NCBI RefSeq assembly: GCF_036365525.1
Contig: NC_090385.1
Location: 25,338,119-25,402,118, forward strand
From: Heterodontus francisci
Taxonomy: Eukaryota
Length of the DNA stretch: 64,000 nt
Direction of reading: 5' to 3'
The translations under genes and the position numbers were made by a program. A model generated the notes under the pieces. The model did no database searches. It saw only the letters and a list, made by a program, of their open reading frames with translations, and had not been told where the DNA came from. Shown piece by piece: positions 62,425-64,000 of the stretch (position 1 is its first letter; every line of letters starts with the position of its first letter).

Positions 62425-62835
62425 GAGGCCAGTAGCATAGTGGTAATGTTACTGGCCCAGACTGCTCTGGAGACATCCAGAGACAAGAGTTCAAATTGCA
62501 CCATGGCAGCTCGTGGAATTTAAATTCAATTTATAAATCTGGAATTACAAAAAACTATAGTCTCATTAATAATGATCATGAAATTACTGGATTGTCATAA
62601 AAACCCATCTGCCATTCTTCAGGGGAGGAAATCTGCCGTCCTTACCGGGTCTGGCCTGCATGTGACTCCAGACTCATAGCAATGTGATTTGACTCTTAAC
62701 TGCCCTTTGAAATGGTTTAGCAAGCCACTCGGTTGTAGGTGGCTCACCACTACCTGCTCAAGGGCAATTAGGAATAGGCAATAAATGCTGGCCTTACTAG
62801 CAATGCTCACATCCCAAGAATGAAATTTTTTAAAA
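62425..62835 (+). mobile_element. Same SINE family (partial copy also at ~60480-60670)
   Basis: Head GCATAGTGGTAATG...GTTCAAATT, body GGAAATCTGCCGTCCTTACC...GACTCCAGAC, tail AGGGCAATTAGG...AATAAATGCTGGCC. Confidence 0.75.
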
Positions 62836-64000
62836 ATGGCAGATGCAAGACCTTGTACATAAGTTTAAAAAAAAACTGTACCTTTTTTGCACTGTGACAG
62901 GACAGAATGGCAATCAAATGGGACGAAAGGATATTTGTACATATCACCTTTGCTAATACATTGTTCTATGGATAGGACATGAGGGATGCTACACTAGAAA
63001 TACAAATTCAGGCCATTTGGCATCAGTTTGGTCCTGACCGGGCTTTTCATCATCTCAAATGCTGACAGTGCCAAATCACATGACCCAGATCAGCAACTTT
63101 TTGGATGTTGCAGCCAAATAAAGAGGATCTCTCCTACCATTGTTTTAAATCAAGATGATCATCTCAACAAGGGCAACTGCAAATAACTGTAGCATGCCAG
63201 TTAAAGGTTTAAAAGAATTTTCAGAGCTTCTTTACAGAAGTCATTAGTGAAAATACTGCTAACCTTTTCATGCTCATACTGACCAGTTATTTTAAAAGCA
63301 CAGGCATCATTAAAGTGGTTTTCTTCAATTACAGTCTTTTTCAGTTTAATACAATATAAAAAGTACAGGATGACAGTGGAACAGAACAGAGTGGGAATTC
63401 AATCTCAAGCACAATGTTGGTAAAGCAATAGAAAATTTATTGGTGCTACTCGAACATGGAAATGATAAAGGAAGGAGTTTAAACTTTCTGTGGAGCTAGG
63501 AAAGAAAATTACACGTCAGGGCTGAGGGAATTTTCTGATGGAGTCAACTTTAGATAATGGTGCTGTTTGGAAATCAGTTACGTGAAATAAACTCCAAATG
63601 ATACTTAATATAATCATAAATTAAGTATGGAAAATAGGCATGAAGGTGCCAATTTCATACAACTCAACTAATACTTGAAAAAGACAAATTGCTTTGATAT
63701 ATTAAATAACATGCCAAACTGAAATTTAGCTGTGGTTTTCAAAGTTGGCTAGCACCCTGCATTGGTTGCTTATTGAAATCAAATTTCTTAATTTAGTAAA
63801 TACCTTGGTAAAGTAGGATAATATAAGGTGGGTGAATACCCAATACACAAGTTAATACTGGGATCAGCTGTTTCATTCGTAAGCCTTGGTCCTGTCCCCT
63901 ACGTTAGTTGAACATGCAGAATGGACGACTTAACAGCACAGCAGGTGATATGTTGCAGACGCACAAGTTTGGGAGCTATGGATAATTATTGTACATGTTT

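Overview
Repeat-rich vertebrate genomic DNA, most likely a shark or ray (seven HE1-type V-SINEs, DeuSINE/SacSINE-like SINEs, abundant CR1). Two spliced genes lie head-to-head. The first is the 5' end of ABCB7 on the minus strand (coding exons at 21922-21791, 8012-7932 and 754-~671; the gene runs off the left edge). The second is a complete 7-exon UPRT on the plus strand (33656-52030, 247 aa; all splice phases join in frame). Most of the rest is transposon-derived: CR1, L2, a Crack/Daphne-like LINE and its partner SINE, RTE fragments, a Tx1/L1-like element with TSD, Harbinger MITEs and transposase/Myb relics, and a solo LTR with 4-bp TSD. Most noteworthy: (i) five short Penelope-like insertions, each with a 10-14 bp TSD, carrying six minimal hammerhead-ribozyme-like motifs, one insertion being a ~300-bp palindrome; (ii) a ~4-kb 28/30-bp quasi-palindromic minisatellite starting ~100 bp from the ABCB7 ATG; (iii) foldback inversions, including a perfect 139-bp inverted repeat; (iv) a probable GC donor at ABCB7 exon 3. 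Gene and family names come from recalled motifs, not database searches, and TE boundaries are approximate.
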